From: Azolla caroliniana
Taxonomy: Eukaryota > Plantae > Polypodiophyta
Direction of reading: 5' to 3'
Length of the DNA stretch: 64,000 nt
Assembly (NCBI GenBank): GCA_043228905.1
Contig: JBHGNT010000013.1
Span: forward strand, 15,562,001 to 15,626,000
Positions 62,510 through 64,000 of the stretch are shown in pieces. The notes under the pieces are model-generated. The model had not been told where the DNA came from and did no database searches. It worked only from the letters and a program-made list of their open reading frames with translations. Made by a program: the position numbers and the translations under genes. Numbering within the stretch: position 1 is the stretch's first letter; every line of letters begins with the position of its first letter.

Positions 62510-63506
62510 GCAGCTAGACGGTCCCTGACGCAATGGTTGGCGAACATTGGGCATCCTTGACGAGGTGCTCATTACCTTTTGGAAGGGTCTCTGGTGTCTC
62601 CACATGCCTGAAAAGATCAAGCTCTTTTGGTGGCAGATAGGTCATAATGTGGTTCCCGTTGGCGAATGGCTAGGTAAACTTGACGGCCCTATAGGTTGCC
62701 CACTTTGCTCTTCACCTATTGAGACTCTGAGACAATGTCTGTGGGATTGCCCTCAAGCTCAAAAAGTATGGGATAGAGTGACTCGCCTCCTTACGGCATG
62801 TGAAGTGGAAAGACCAACATCATGGAGCGTTGCGGCTTGGATCGATCACTCCGTTGATAGGTGGACGGATGCCTTCAATGCAGATAGTTGGTGCTATGTA
62901 TGCACGAGAGGCAAAATCGTCAAGATCCGTTTTGAGAGAGTCTTGTAGTCCGCATCCCCTAGGTTCCCAGAAATTTGGAAGTTGCAGTTTTCACCCTATG
63001 GTATGTATGGAAAGCACGTTGCCTAAAGGTCTTCCAAGATCTGGTACACCCCCTAGAGGAAATGATCATATGGGTATATGGTTCGCGCTTATCAATTGCC
63101 TACGAGGGCAACGATATTTGTAGCCACTCCAACGACGTGGTCATTGCTCGGTTGCGCTGTTGGCGGAAATGGCGGGACACACCCATGGTGACGTAAGGAG
63201 GAAGTGGCTCGAGGTGGAACTACTAGCCCCCACACAGGTTGTTTCCTACTCACTTGCCACCCTCCCTTCGCTATAGGCCCCAGGAGTCAGTTCGTACTGG
63301 CCGACACTGAAGGGCACCGCTTTTAGCTATAGGTATCTACTTACATTAAGTAGTCAATTCGAAAGGCTAGTACGTAGTCTCATTTTCTTGAACTTGATTG
63401 GAGGGTGATTCCCCGATTTATGTATAAGCCTCCTTGTATAGTCTCTTTGTAATAATCCTTCTTAATTAATGGGAAAGTAGCTTCATTTGGGATAAATAAA
63501 TAAATT
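62510..63506 (+). mobile_element. 5'-truncated L1 LINE
   Basis: zf-RVT-like IKLFWW...CPLCSSPIETLRQCLWDCP and TLWYVWKARC; (ATAA)n tail; 16-bp TSD ATATCATCTTAATGGA at 62494-62509 and 63507-63522. Confidence 0.9.
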
Positions 63507-64000
63507 ATATCATCTTAATGGAAAACCCGCAAACACACCTAAGGTGTGAATTGCATTTATGCATCTTCATAACATCTATGAGTTATTTAGATTCATGTAA
63601 CAAGAGGTTGTTCTGTATAGACCTTATTGCGTGGTCACAATTGTGCAAGCACACATTCAAAGTTATAGGATGTGATTAATGAGAAACATGCACACATTGT
63701 TCTTTTATCAACCAATGCTTCCAATGTATACTCGAGAAGAAGTATGCACACAACGAGTATTTAAACGGTTACCAATGCTTCTTATGTATACACAAACTTA
63801 TGCGTTTTGAATCAACCAAGGCTTCTTATATTGTAGTTTCCATGTGCTTGTTATTACTTATGTTTGAGCTAAGACCAAATTACTTATTTGTGTTGTTTCC
63901 TCAACAACCACCTCCTATACTTTAGCCTTCACCAAGGCACTCTTATATGCCTTGTAATGATCACACTTTAAGGAAGTTCGCTTAGATTTCAAGTTCTTCC

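Overview
This is a eukaryotic, land-plant nuclear window. It has GT-AG introns, TTTAGGG repeats and chromodomain Ty3/gypsy elements; a fern-like origin is a guess only. 1-14.9 kb holds the main novelty: two diverged, oppositely oriented copies of a two-gene DNA transposon. Each pairs a Sola1/DUF7869-like DDD transposase with a divergently transcribed, spliced gene for a ParB/Srx-like protein. In copy 1 that gene is fused to a beta-class amino (N6-A/N4-C) DNA methyltransferase and reconstructs to an intact 974-aa protein. Copy 2 is pseudogenised and breaks off just before the methyltransferase catalytic motif. In both copies, intron 1 of this gene carries odd-length palindromes with 51-bp spacing. 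Their sequences differ by symmetric compensatory changes (AAYYCGATRCR-S-YGYATCGRRTT), making them a candidate parS-like or methylation-target cis element. 15-36 kb is a nest of decayed LTR retrotransposons and a hAT fragment, including a putative self-priming mini-element, a tRNA-Trp-primed non-autonomous element, and LTRs carrying tRNA-like modules. 36.9-60 kb holds two full-size ABCB transporter paralogues flanking RAD9, plus a MULE-type MITE. 61-64 kb holds LINE remnants. All exon coordinates were derived by hand and no database searches were run.
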